A DNA stretch of 64,000 bases from Thermoanaerobaculia bacterium (GTDB lineage Bacteria > Acidobacteriota > Thermoanaerobaculia > Gp7-AA8): contig JBBRTB010000005.1 of the NCBI GenBank assembly GCA_038244815.1, forward strand, positions 16,387 through 80,386, given 5' to 3'. Both the position numbers and the translations under genes were made by a program. Every line of letters starts with the position of its first letter. The first letter of the stretch is position 1. The notes under the pieces are model-generated. The model was not told where the DNA came from. It did not search any database and worked only from the letters and a program-made list of their open reading frames with translations. Below are positions 37,401 to 47,311 of this stretch, in pieces.

Positions 37401-39342
37401 GCGCCACTTCCGGGAGCTGGGCGTCGACACGCAGCAGCAGGACTTCACCTGCGTCGGCGTCGGCGACATGTCCGGCGATGTGTTCGGCAACGCCATGATG
37501 TTGTCCACGCACATCCGCCTGCTGGCGGCGTTCAACCATTCCCACATCTTCGTCGACCCCAACCCCGATCCGGCCCGGAGCTTTGCCGAGCGCCAACGGC
37601 TGTTCGAGGAACGGCTGAACTGGAACGGCTATGACACGACGCTGCTGTCGAAAGGCGGCGCCGTCTACCAGCGCACCGCCAAGATGCTGCACATCTCCGA
37701 GGAAGTGCAGCGGCTGTTCGAGCTGCCGGGGAAAAATGTCACGCCCGCCGATCTGATGAAGGCCACCCTGCACGCCAAGGCCGATCTGCTCTGGCTGGGC
37801 GGGATTGGAACTTACGTCAAGGCCAGCTACGAGGATCAGGCCGCGGCCCGGGATCGTACGAACGATCCGCTGCGGGTGAACGCCAACGAGTTGCGCGTGC
37901 GCGTGGTCGGCGAAGGAGCGAATCTCGGATTCACGCAGAAAGCGCGCATCGAGTTCGCGCTCGCCGGTGGAAAGATCAACACCGACGCCATCGACAACTC
38001 GGCCGGCGTCGACACCTCGGACCATGAGGTCAACATCAAGATTCTCCTCTACGACGCCATTTCCAGAGCAGAGCTGTCCGGAATCGAGGAGCGCAACAAG
38101 GTGCTCTCCGGAATGACCGAGGAGGTGGCCGCTCTCGTTCTGCGCGACAACTACGAGCAGACCCAGGCCATCTCGATCACACACGCCCTCGGTGAGTCGA
38201 CGCTCGACGAGCAGGCCCGCTTCATGCGCGCGCTCGAACGCGCCGGGCGCCTGGACCGCACCATCGAGTATCTGCCGGACGACGACACCATTGTCGAACG
38301 GCATGCCGCCAGTCTGGGGTTGACCCGTCCAGAGATCGCCGTGCTGCTGGCGTACAGCAAGATCGTGCTCTACCAGGATCTCCTCGCCTCCGACCTTCCG
38401 GACGCGCCGCTGCTCGTGCAGGACTTGCTCGTCTATTTCCCACACGAGCTGCGCAAGAGCTTCCCGGCCGCCGTGGGACGCCATCGCCTGCGCCGCGAGA
38501 TCATCGCCACCTACATCACGAACAACATGCTCAACCGCCTGCGGCCGACATTCGTGTGGCAGGCCACCGAAGAAACGGGCAAGCCCGCCGGCGACGTGGC
38601 CCGCGCCTTCACGATCATCCGCGAGTCGTTCGATCTCAAGACCATCTGGGCCGACATCGAATCGCTCGACAACAAACTGCCGTCCGCAGTGCAGACGGAG
38701 ATGATGATCTCAGTGGGCCTTCTCCTGGAGCGGGCCATCCGCTGGCTCCTCCGCAGCGGATATGAGACGCTGGCCATCACCGACTACGTCGCCGAGTTCC
38801 GTCCTCGCATCACCACGCTCGAAGAACGTCTCAGCGAGACCCTGCCGCAGGCGGCGCTCACCGCGGTGCAGGCGCGCGGGGCCGCGCTGATCGAATCCGG
38901 GATTCCGGAGCGTCTGGCCAACCGCATCGCCGCGCTGGATGTCATGAGCTCGGCGATGGACATCGTGCGCATCGCCCGCAGTGATGCCATGCCGATCGAA
39001 GAAGTGGCCCGGGTGTATTTCTGCGTGGGTGCGCGCTTTGGGCTGGACCGCCTGCGCCACGCCGGGGGAACGATCACCGCGGACACCCCCTGGCAGAAAG
39101 CAGCCGTATCGTCGGTGGTCGACGATCTCTTCAACTACCAGAGCGCGATCGCGTCGCGCGTCATCCTGGAATCGAACGGCGCGCGCGGCACAACGGAATC
39201 GGTCGATGAGTGGCTGTCACAGCGCGCACGTGTCGTCGAGCGCGTCGATCAGACGATGAACGACCTGCGCACTACGCCGGTCGTCGACCTGGCCATGCTT
39301 ACGGTCGCGTCTCGCCAACTGCGTCTGCTCGTCGAGAGCTGA
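34477..39342 (+). CDS. gdhB: Large NAD-specific glutamate dehydrogenase (about 180 kDa class)
   Basis: ATG at 34477 is preceded by GGAGAAGG. The 1621-aa product carries the catalytic-core motifs ...[41 protein letters not shown]... and ...[17 protein letters not shown]...[10 protein letters not shown]. Confidence 0.9.
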   Translation: [1621 protein letters not shown]

Positions 39343-39348
39343 GTTGCC

Positions 39349-39449
39349 GGGTCGCTGGGTTGCGTCGCTGGGTCGCTGGGTTACCGGTTACCGGCTACCG
39401 GCTACCGGTTACCAGATACCCGCTAACCGCTAACCGCTAACCGCTAACC
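39349..39449. repeat. Three consecutive short-unit tandem arrays: (GGGTCGCT)-type, (TTACCGG/CTACCGG)x5, (GCTAACC)x4
   Basis: The arrays fill almost the entire gap between the convergent gdh (stop 39342) and kinase (stop 39455) genes. Confidence 0.9.
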
Positions 39450-39454
39450 AACCG

Positions 39455-41314
39455 CTACTGCAATGCATCGAGCAGGACGCGCGCGAATGCTTCCGCCGGC
39501 GTGTCGCCGAAGCGGTACTCCTCGGCGGGCATCTCGTAGCGGAAGATCACTCGTCCGTTCTTCGAGATGGTCGCCTCTGCCGAACGGCGCTTCTTTCCGC
39601 GCCCGAGATGGTCGATGACGCCGTGGAAGTCGATGGCGGTGCCGGCGTCGCCGGCGATGGTCAGTGCAGAGACCGACTTCAGCCGGTCGGTGAGCTCCTT
39701 CAGCATCTCGGCGTTGTTCGCACGCACGCTGATCTTCTTCACTCCCTGCAGATGCTGTTTGAGATCCGACAGCAGCCGGTCGTTCTGATCCGAGTCGCCG
39801 CCTTCGACGAACGCCTTCACCGCCAGCGTCGGAGAGGCGGCGGCCGGTTCGGGTTCTTCCGGCTTCGGCTGTTCCGTCAAGGCCGGTTTCCTGTGAACCG
39901 GTGGCGCAGCGGTTTGCGTCTGCGCGATGGCCTGAGTGGTGGTCTGGGTCGTTGCCGGCGGTTGTGACGCAGCCGGTACGGCGCTCGATGTCGCCGGCGC
40001 GGTCGAGACCACATCGACGTTGGCGTGCGCTTTTTCGGGTGCAGGCTGGTGAGCCCGCGCCACGCTCTTCGGCGGATTCGAAGGGACCGATTGCGGCGTG
40101 CGCAGAATCACGACGGCGATGGCGATCGCGGCAACGATCACGATGCCGACGACGATGACGATTGCGGCGAGGCTGCTGGATTCTGTTCGCCCGATCGGAA
40201 TCTGTTCAGCCGGCATGGCGCCCGGCAGCGGCGTTCGAACCGTTGGGCCGGCATCGTCCACGCCCGTGCGGACCGTGGATCGCTGCAGGGTATCGAGCGA
40301 CTGCGGCACCGGCGTCATGTTCAGCGTCGGCTGCGAGGAAAGATCGGGGAGGGTCTGTTCCACCTGTTCCAGCGCCCGGGCGAACTCTTTCGCGCTCGAG
40401 TAGCGTTTGTTGCGGTCGCGCTCCAGCCCTCTGGCCAGAACCGCCTGCAGCTGGGTGCCGCCGGGCAGATCGGGGGGGAGATCCAGCGGTTTGAACTGCG
40501 TATCGCGTGAATGCATCATCACGTATTCGTGCGGGGAAGTGGCTTCGAACGGAGGCCGGCCGGTGAGCATCTCGTAGAGGACCACGGCCATCGAGTAGAG
40601 ATCGGCGCGTCCGTCGATGCGCTCGCCTTCGGCCAGGAATCCCAGGTGCTCCGGTGATGCGTAGCGCAGCTTGCCGACGAAGACGCCCGCGCGCGTGGCT
40701 GTGTCGGTCGAGTCCTCGACCTTGGCCACGCCCATGTCGATGATCTTCACGCGCTCGTCGCCGACCGGCTCGCGCGTGATCATGATGTTCTCCGGGCTGA
40801 TGTCGCGGTGGACGATGCCGGCGCGGTGAATTGCTTCCAGCCCGTGCAGGGCCTGAATGGTGAGCTGCACCGCGTAACGCGGCGGCAGCGTTCCGCGCGT
40901 GCGAAGGCGCTGGGCCAGGTTCTCGCCGTCGATGAACTCCCAGACCATGTAGTGCGACCCGTCGGGCAGCGCTGAGAAGTCATGCAGGGTGGCCACGTTC
41001 GGATGCTGGACCTTGGTGGCGGCGCGGGCCTCGCGAAGAAACCGCTCGTGCGCGTCCTGGCTCTCCGAGATCTGCGGGAGGATCACCTTGATCACTCTCG
41101 TGGCGCCGAGGAAGGTGTGCGTGACCTTGTAGACCTCGCCCATGCCACCGGTGCCGAGCCGCTCCACGATCTGGTACTTGCCGTCGACAGGCTGATCGGA
41201 GTACTGGCGAAGGAACTCGGTGACCGGCTCGCCGCAATGCGGGCAGGCCTTGTAAGTCCGATCGATCTCGGCCTTACAGCGGATGCAATGGAATGCTGCC
41301 ATTGGACCGCACAT
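39455..41314 (-). CDS. Membrane Ser/Thr protein kinase with an N-terminal zinc ribbon
   Basis: CIRC-x12-CPHC at the N-terminus. Kinase motifs: GTGGMGEVYK, VIKV, HRDISPENIM, DMGVAK, SPE. One TM segment (AAIVIVVGIVIVAAIAIAVVIL). About 220 aa lie outside the membrane, including a Pro/Thr/Gln-rich linker. Confidence 0.9.
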   Translation of the reverse strand: MCGPMAAFHCIRCKAEIDRTYKACPHCGEPVTEFLRQYSDQPVDGKYQIVERLGTGGMGEVYKVTHTFLGATRVIKVILPQISESQDAHERFLREARAATKVQHPNVATLHDFSALPDGSHYMVWEFIDGENLAQRLRTRGTLPPRYAVQLTIQALHGLEAIHRAGIVHRDISPENIMITREPVGDERVKIIDMGVAKVEDSTDTATRAGVFVGKLRYASPEHLGFLAEGERIDGRADLYSMAVVLYEMLTGRPPFEATSPHEYVMMHSRDTQFKPLDLPPDLPGGTQLQAVLARGLERDRNKRYSSAKEFARALEQVEQTLPDLSSQPTLNMTPVPQSLDTLQRSTVRTGVDDAGPTVRTPLPGAMPAEQIPIGRTESSSLAAIVIVVGIVIVAAIAIAVVILRTPQSVPSNPPKSVARAHQPAPEKAHANVDVVSTAPATSSAVPAASQPPATTQTTTQAIAQTQTAAPPVHRKPALTEQPKPEEPEPAAASPTLAVKAFVEGGDSDQNDRLLSDLKQHLQGVKKISVRANNAEMLKELTDRLKSVSALTIAGDAGTAIDFHGVIDHLGRGKKRRSAEATISKNGRVIFRYEMPAEEYRFGDTPAEAFARVLLDALQ

Positions 41315-42146
41315 GATACAGCGCGCTCTTTGGTGGTGCGGCGGCGATGAATCGTGTCACGGTGTCGTAATAGCGCGCCCCTTCCGTGTTCGCGATCTCG
41401 CAATGTCCCGAGGTCTCGCTGACGAGCATTTCCTTCTTCACGCGCAATTGCTCGTAGAGTGAGAGACCGAGCCTGAACGGGATGACCTGATCGGGTTTCC
41501 CGTGCATGACCAGCACCGGCACGCCGGCCTCGTTGAGCCAGCGCACCGTGGTGAGAGCGCGCGGCGCCGTCCAACCCACCGGCACCGGTGCGTATATGGC
41601 GTTACCGAGCTCGCGCAGCGACGGGAAGGAGTTCTCGATGATCACGCAGCGGGCCCCTCGTGTCCTGGCGACGTAAGCCGCATACGGGCCGCCCAGCGAT
41701 TCGCCGTAAAGCGAAAGATCGGAGGAGAGCCGCTGGGCATAGTCGTAAGCGGCCAGCGCATCGATGAACAACGCGTTTTCCTCGGGCGCTCCCTCACTCT
41801 TCCCGTATCCACGCCAGTCGAAGAGCAGGAGCGACACGCCGCGCGCGGCGAGATTCGATGCCATCGGGCCGCGTTCGCCGATGTTGCCGCCGTTGCCGTG
41901 ATAGTAAACGAGGAGCGGTGCATTCGCGGTGCGGGCCCGGAACAGCCAGGCGTCGAGCCGCACGCCGTCGGGCGTGGTGATCCACTGCTCGTCCGGCTGG
42001 ATCGGAAACCTCGATGTGTCCCAGTCGCCTTGCGGATAGCGCAACGGGAAAAACATCGAAGACCGCCGAACGGACCGTGCGAAGAAATAGAGCGCCAGCG
42101 CTGCGACCACCACACCGGACGTGGCGATCGCCAGAAGACGGATCAC
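41274..42146 (-). CDS. Alpha/beta hydrolase (S33/BAAT-like) with an N-terminal membrane anchor
   Basis: GTG start overlaps the upstream stop (GTGA). Contains HGNGGN, nucleophile elbow GESLGG and HGKPDQVIP. Confidence 0.85.
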   Translation of the reverse strand: MIRLLAIATSGVVVAALALYFFARSVRRSSMFFPLRYPQGDWDTSRFPIQPDEQWITTPDGVRLDAWLFRARTANAPLLVYYHGNGGNIGERGPMASNLAARGVSLLLFDWRGYGKSEGAPEENALFIDALAAYDYAQRLSSDLSLYGESLGGPYAAYVARTRGARCVIIENSFPSLRELGNAIYAPVPVGWTAPRALTTVRWLNEAGVPVLVMHGKPDQVIPFRLGLSLYEQLRVKKEMLVSETSGHCEIANTEGARYYDTVTRFIAAAPPKSALYHVRSNGSIPLHPL

Positions 42147-43177
42147 GCCGACAATTTTTCCCAGTCCGTCTCGGGGGCGTCAAGCGCGAGCGCCAGACCA
42201 CCGTCCGATCCGACGAACACCGGATCCTCCATGTACTTGACCCGTCCGCCGCCGACCTGTTTGAGCGCGGTCTCGATTGCCTGGGGCAGATTGCGAATCA
42301 GTCCCCCGCCGCCGGAGAGGATGATGTTGTTGCGCACTTTCTCCTGAAATTCCGGCTCGACGCGCGACAGCAGATCGAGCATGGTCTCGATGGCCGGCCC
42401 GAGCAGGGTGTCGCAGGCCGCCTTGATCTCGGTAGTGATGTCGAGCTCCGTCGGGACGCCCTGCACCGGCGCCGTGACGATGGCCTTTTGCGATGCTTCA
42501 CCAACGAAGCTGTACTTCTCCTTCCACTCCCGGACCATGAAGATGGTGACATTGGCCTGCGGATACCGCTCCTCGACGAGGTTGAGCAGGTGCGCGTCGA
42601 TCGAGTCGCCGGCGATGGTCAGCGTGCGCTGATCCTCTTCCGTCGGATAGCGCCCCTTCATCACGCAGAAGTCCGTCGTGCCGGCGCCGATGTCGATGAT
42701 CATGGTGTTGAGCAGCGCATCCAGCCCGTACGCGACGGCAAAGGGCTCTGACACGATCATCAAGCTATCCACGATACCTTTCATGGCGTTGCGCAGGTAC
42801 TGTTTGTTCGTCCGCAACGCCGCGGCCGGTACGCCGATCACGGCCCGTACGTTCGATGACCGTACCTTGCCGGTTGCACTGACGCCGACCAGGCCGAGCA
42901 AGTGACGGAGAAGCTCGCGCACGGCCTCGACGTCCTTCTCCGACCCTTCCTTGAGCAAACCGCGCTCGAGCGGACGGTGCAGATCGAGCATGGTTCGATT
43001 GGCCACGGCGTCGTGTCCGATGAGCACCTGGCGCTTGAGGACTTTCTTCGCCACCATGTCCACCGGCCATCCCACGAAACTATCGACGACGAACCGCTCG
43101 CCGTTGGACGCGGAGATCGCACTCCGGGAAGTACCGAGGTCGATTCCCACGTGGAGCAGTTCGGATGATCCGGTCAT
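42143..43177 (-). CDS. MamK-family actin-like protein
   Basis: 344 aa. The segments [61 protein letters not shown] and [14 protein letters not shown] closely parallel Magnetospirillum MamK as I remember it ([58 protein letters not shown]). They match less well to MreB (DLGTANT; DIGGGTTE). Confidence 0.8.
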   Translation of the reverse strand: [344 protein letters not shown]

Positions 43178-43180
43178 CGT

Positions 43181-44188
43181 TCAGGTTCCTTTCTTCTGCG
43201 GCGTCTCGGCCGCCCCCGCGTACGCATGAATGCCCAGGTATAACGCCTCGGCGATCTTCTGCCGGTAGTCGGCGCGGGCAAGCATTGCCGCTTCTCCCCG
43301 ATTCGAAATGCAACCGACCTCCGCCAGGATGGCCGGCATGTCCGTGGCCACGAGCACGACGAACGGCGCCCGCTTCACGCCCCAGTTCTCCAGCCCCGGA
43401 TCATCGTTGCGCAACTGGCCGTACAAATGCTGCTGCACGCGCGCGGCGAGCTGCCGCGACTCGTCGCGGCGGGCATCGGCGTACACGCCGTCGAGCAGTT
43501 TGCGCAGATCGGCCATCGAGTAACCGGACATGCTGTTCTCGTCCGAGGCCAGCTTCGTCAGAGACGGATCGTTCGTCGGTCCGAGGTAATAGGTCTCCAC
43601 GCCGTGCGAGGCGGTGTGCTTGATGAGTGAGTTCACGTGGATGGAGACGAAGATGTCGCTGTGCGACGAGTTCGCCAGCCTGGCCCGTTCGCGCAGCTTG
43701 AGCGTGCGGTCGTCCGGACGGGTGATCACCACCTCGAAGCCATTGTCGGTGAGCATGCGGCGCAGGCGGCGGCCGATATCGAGCGTGATGTCCTTTTCGT
43801 TGAGGCCCAGCGCCGACGCGCCCGGATCGGTTCCGCCGTGACCGGCATCGAGCACGACCCGACGGACGGCCAGCGGAAACGCGGCCGCGGCCACGCGCTG
43901 GAGGCTGCGCGGATCCTCCGGCGTTGTCTGAGCGGGTGGAACGATGGCGGCACGCGTCACCCCAAGTGGAATCGGCGCCGAGCCGTTCGCCACGAAGTAG
44001 GTCGAGCCGGCCAGGCTGAACAACGCCAGTAGAACCGGCGAGCGCCGCAGCCACAGGCCCATCGTCCGCTGCTGTTTCCTGAGCGGCCGCGGCAGCAACC
44101 CTCGCATCGTGTCGACGTTGTCGGCCACCGCTTCATGGAGAAGCCGGCGCCGCACTCGGTCGATTCTTTCCGCTCTCATTCCGCTCAC
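43181..44188 (-). CDS. N-acetylmuramoyl-L-alanine amidase (Amidase_3, AmiC-like)
   Basis: VVLDAGHGGTDPGA...NEKDITLDIGRRL...RARLANSSHSDIFVSIHVNS...PAILAEVGCISN is the Amidase_3 pattern. The product has an N-terminal TM/signal segment. Confidence 0.9.
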   Translation of the reverse strand: MSGMRAERIDRVRRRLLHEAVADNVDTMRGLLPRPLRKQQRTMGLWLRRSPVLLALFSLAGSTYFVANGSAPIPLGVTRAAIVPPAQTTPEDPRSLQRVAAAAFPLAVRRVVLDAGHGGTDPGASALGLNEKDITLDIGRRLRRMLTDNGFEVVITRPDDRTLKLRERARLANSSHSDIFVSIHVNSLIKHTASHGVETYYLGPTNDPSLTKLASDENSMSGYSMADLRKLLDGVYADARRDESRQLAARVQQHLYGQLRNDDPGLENWGVKRAPFVVLVATDMPAILAEVGCISNRGEAAMLARADYRQKIAEALYLGIHAYAGAAETPQKKGT

Positions 44189-44236
44189 CCGATCGACAGA
44201 CGATCGCGACTAGTCTAACGGGTTGGCGGAAAAGCC

Positions 44237-44398
44237 GGGTCGCTGGGTCGCTGGGACGCTGGGTCCGCTGGGTCGCTAGGTCCGCTGGGTCGCTAGGTCG
44301 CCGGGTCGCTGGGACGCTCGACCCAGCCACCCCCGGCAACCTGGTAACCCGGCAACCCAGCGACCCAGTCACCCAGCGACCCAGTCACCCAGCGACCC
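44237..44398. repeat. Largest short-unit array hairpin: about 11 units of GGGTCGCT-type followed by about 8 reverse-complement units (CCCAGCGA/CCCAGTCA)
   Basis: The left arm (44237-44320) carries GGG every 7-9 nt and the right arm (44319-44398) is its approximate reverse complement. It lies between the cytochrome gene stop (44406) and the amidase start (44188). Confidence 0.9.
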
Positions 44399-44405
44399 GA
44401 AATGA

Positions 44406-45515
44406 CTACTCCGGTTGCACGAACACCTTCTGATCCACCTTCGCGTTCGGCACGATCTCCGTGTATTGCAAGCTGCGCGAGGCACCGCGATCGACTGATT
44501 CGTAATCGACACGGAAGGGAAGTTTGAAGCCGCCGACGTCGCGGTAGTCGTCGAAATCGGTCTGCTGCGGAATCGCACCGACCGGCTCATACGTCAGCGT
44601 TTGACGACGGAGCAGCAGCCCCGTCTCCGGATCGAAGTAGAACCTCTGCCGGCCATTGGTTCCGGCAGGCGTGGTGAGCACCCATACGTCCTTATCGTTG
44701 ATGTGCGCTTTCATCACGCGTCCTTCGGCGGGAATGCCGGCGGGGAACGTGGGGCGCAACGCGTCGAGGACCTCGCGTGTGAATTCGAGCTGCATGGGAG
44801 GCATGGCGTGCGTGCCATGCTCATCGCGGGCCCAGCCGCCATTGGGTGTGACGACGCTGACCATCTCCCCGTCCTGGGTGGTCGCGGTGACGCGCGTGTT
44901 GCCTTTGGAGACGACGACATCGATGGGAGCGGCGGGATGCTCGCTCGCCTGGCGTGTACCTTTGAGCTCGATCGAAGAGATGGCTTTCTGATCGACGTTG
45001 CCGATGGCCCGGGCGTACCGCGAGACCAGCTCGTCGCGCGTGGGCATGACCGGCTTGTGTCCGGCTGCTTCATCCGCTTCGTGCTCTTCGTGTTGATGCA
45101 TCGGCTGGGGAGCGGCCACTGGAAGCATGGGCACACTCATGGGATGCGAGCTGCCGCGATGACAGGTGTTGCAACTGACGGCGGTGTGGCCCTTGAAGAA
45201 GTTCGTATTCGTGTCGATCACCAGCCGGATCATGTTGCGGGCGGTGCGTTTCTCTTCCTTGTCGTCACTCGCAAAATCGCGGGTGTCGCCCGGGCCGAAC
45301 ACATGACAGAAGTCGCAGCTGACACCGAGAGAGGCGGAGATGAACCGCATGTTGCGAATCAGCTCGGCCGGGGGGAGGTCCTTGAGGACCAGCACGTTCT
45401 TCAGTTCCTTTGACCCACCCTGGGCGGGGCGTTGTTGTTGTGGCGCTGGTTGCGGCTGCGCGGAGAGTATTGCCGCGGAAGCAATGGTCATCAGCGCGAT
45501 CGTGGCTGCCTTCAT
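44406..45515 (-). CDS. Secreted dihaem c-type cytochrome (reaction-centre cytochrome-c-subunit-like domain) with a C-terminal beta-rich domain
   Basis: ATG at 45515 is preceded by AAGGAG. Signal MKAATIALMTIASAAILSAQ. Two CxxCH motifs (CDFCH, CNTCH) lie in the context LKDLPPAELIRNMRFISASLGVSCDFCH...RTARNMIRL. Confidence 0.75.
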   Translation of the reverse strand: MKAATIALMTIASAAILSAQPQPAPQQQRPAQGGSKELKNVLVLKDLPPAELIRNMRFISASLGVSCDFCHVFGPGDTRDFASDDKEEKRTARNMIRLVIDTNTNFFKGHTAVSCNTCHRGSSHPMSVPMLPVAAPQPMHQHEEHEADEAAGHKPVMPTRDELVSRYARAIGNVDQKAISSIELKGTRQASEHPAAPIDVVVSKGNTRVTATTQDGEMVSVVTPNGGWARDEHGTHAMPPMQLEFTREVLDALRPTFPAGIPAEGRVMKAHINDKDVWVLTTPAGTNGRQRFYFDPETGLLLRRQTLTYEPVGAIPQQTDFDDYRDVGGFKLPFRVDYESVDRGASRSLQYTEIVPNAKVDQKVFVQPE

Positions 45516-45785
45516 CGGGGCTCCTTTCGTGAACGCGCATCTTAGCCGTGTCGGCCTGATATCGTGCATCACGGCTCTGCCGTAAGATCGTGGCAGGTGG
45601 CGAGCTGAGGCTGCAGGTTCCGTTCCCCACGATGGGGCCGTGATCGTCTCGGCGCTGGCGGCATGCGTACGCGCAACTGACCGGTCGAGGAATTTTGTGC
45701 GGCTGTTTTACAATTCGGGCCTCGAAGCTCATACGCCCCCGTGACCCACGACTGACGACCCCATCAGAGGAGTACACGAAGAAGA

Positions 45786-47285
<1,500 letters not shown>

Positions 47286-47311
47286 TCCCCTGTTCATGAA
47301 GGTCTTTCAAA

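Noticed and set aside
34324-38484. 843-aa and 525-aa minus-strand ORFs opposite the glutamate dehydrogenase gene
   Set aside because: Same shadow-frame composition (R, G, V, H, D rich). The plus strand encodes a continuous 1621-aa protein with recognisable large-GDH motifs.
39349-39449. Whether the short-unit tandem arrays here, at 44237-44398 and elsewhere are CRISPR arrays
   Set aside because: Units are only 6-8 bp with no unique spacers between them. No cas genes and no 25-40 bp repeat/spacer periodicity are present anywhere in the window.
44133-44590. Small ORFs (44133-44372, 44369-44590) and the N-terminal extensions 7946-7990 and 60700-60792 that translate the short tandem repeats
   Set aside because: Their sequence is dictated by the heptamer/octamer arrays (for example RGPRTEDRGPR, PAPSTEYPAPST). 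Better starts with SD sequences or conserved N-termini lie downstream.
45573-45785. Possible SAH riboswitch in the 210-nt leader upstream of ahcY
   Set aside because: I could not find the conserved SAH-riboswitch cores as I remember them (…GAGGAGCG… and …AACGGCGCUC…) or a convincing pseudoknot arrangement. The region is also a divergent promoter for the cytochrome gene. A covariance-model scan (Rfam RF01057) would settle it.
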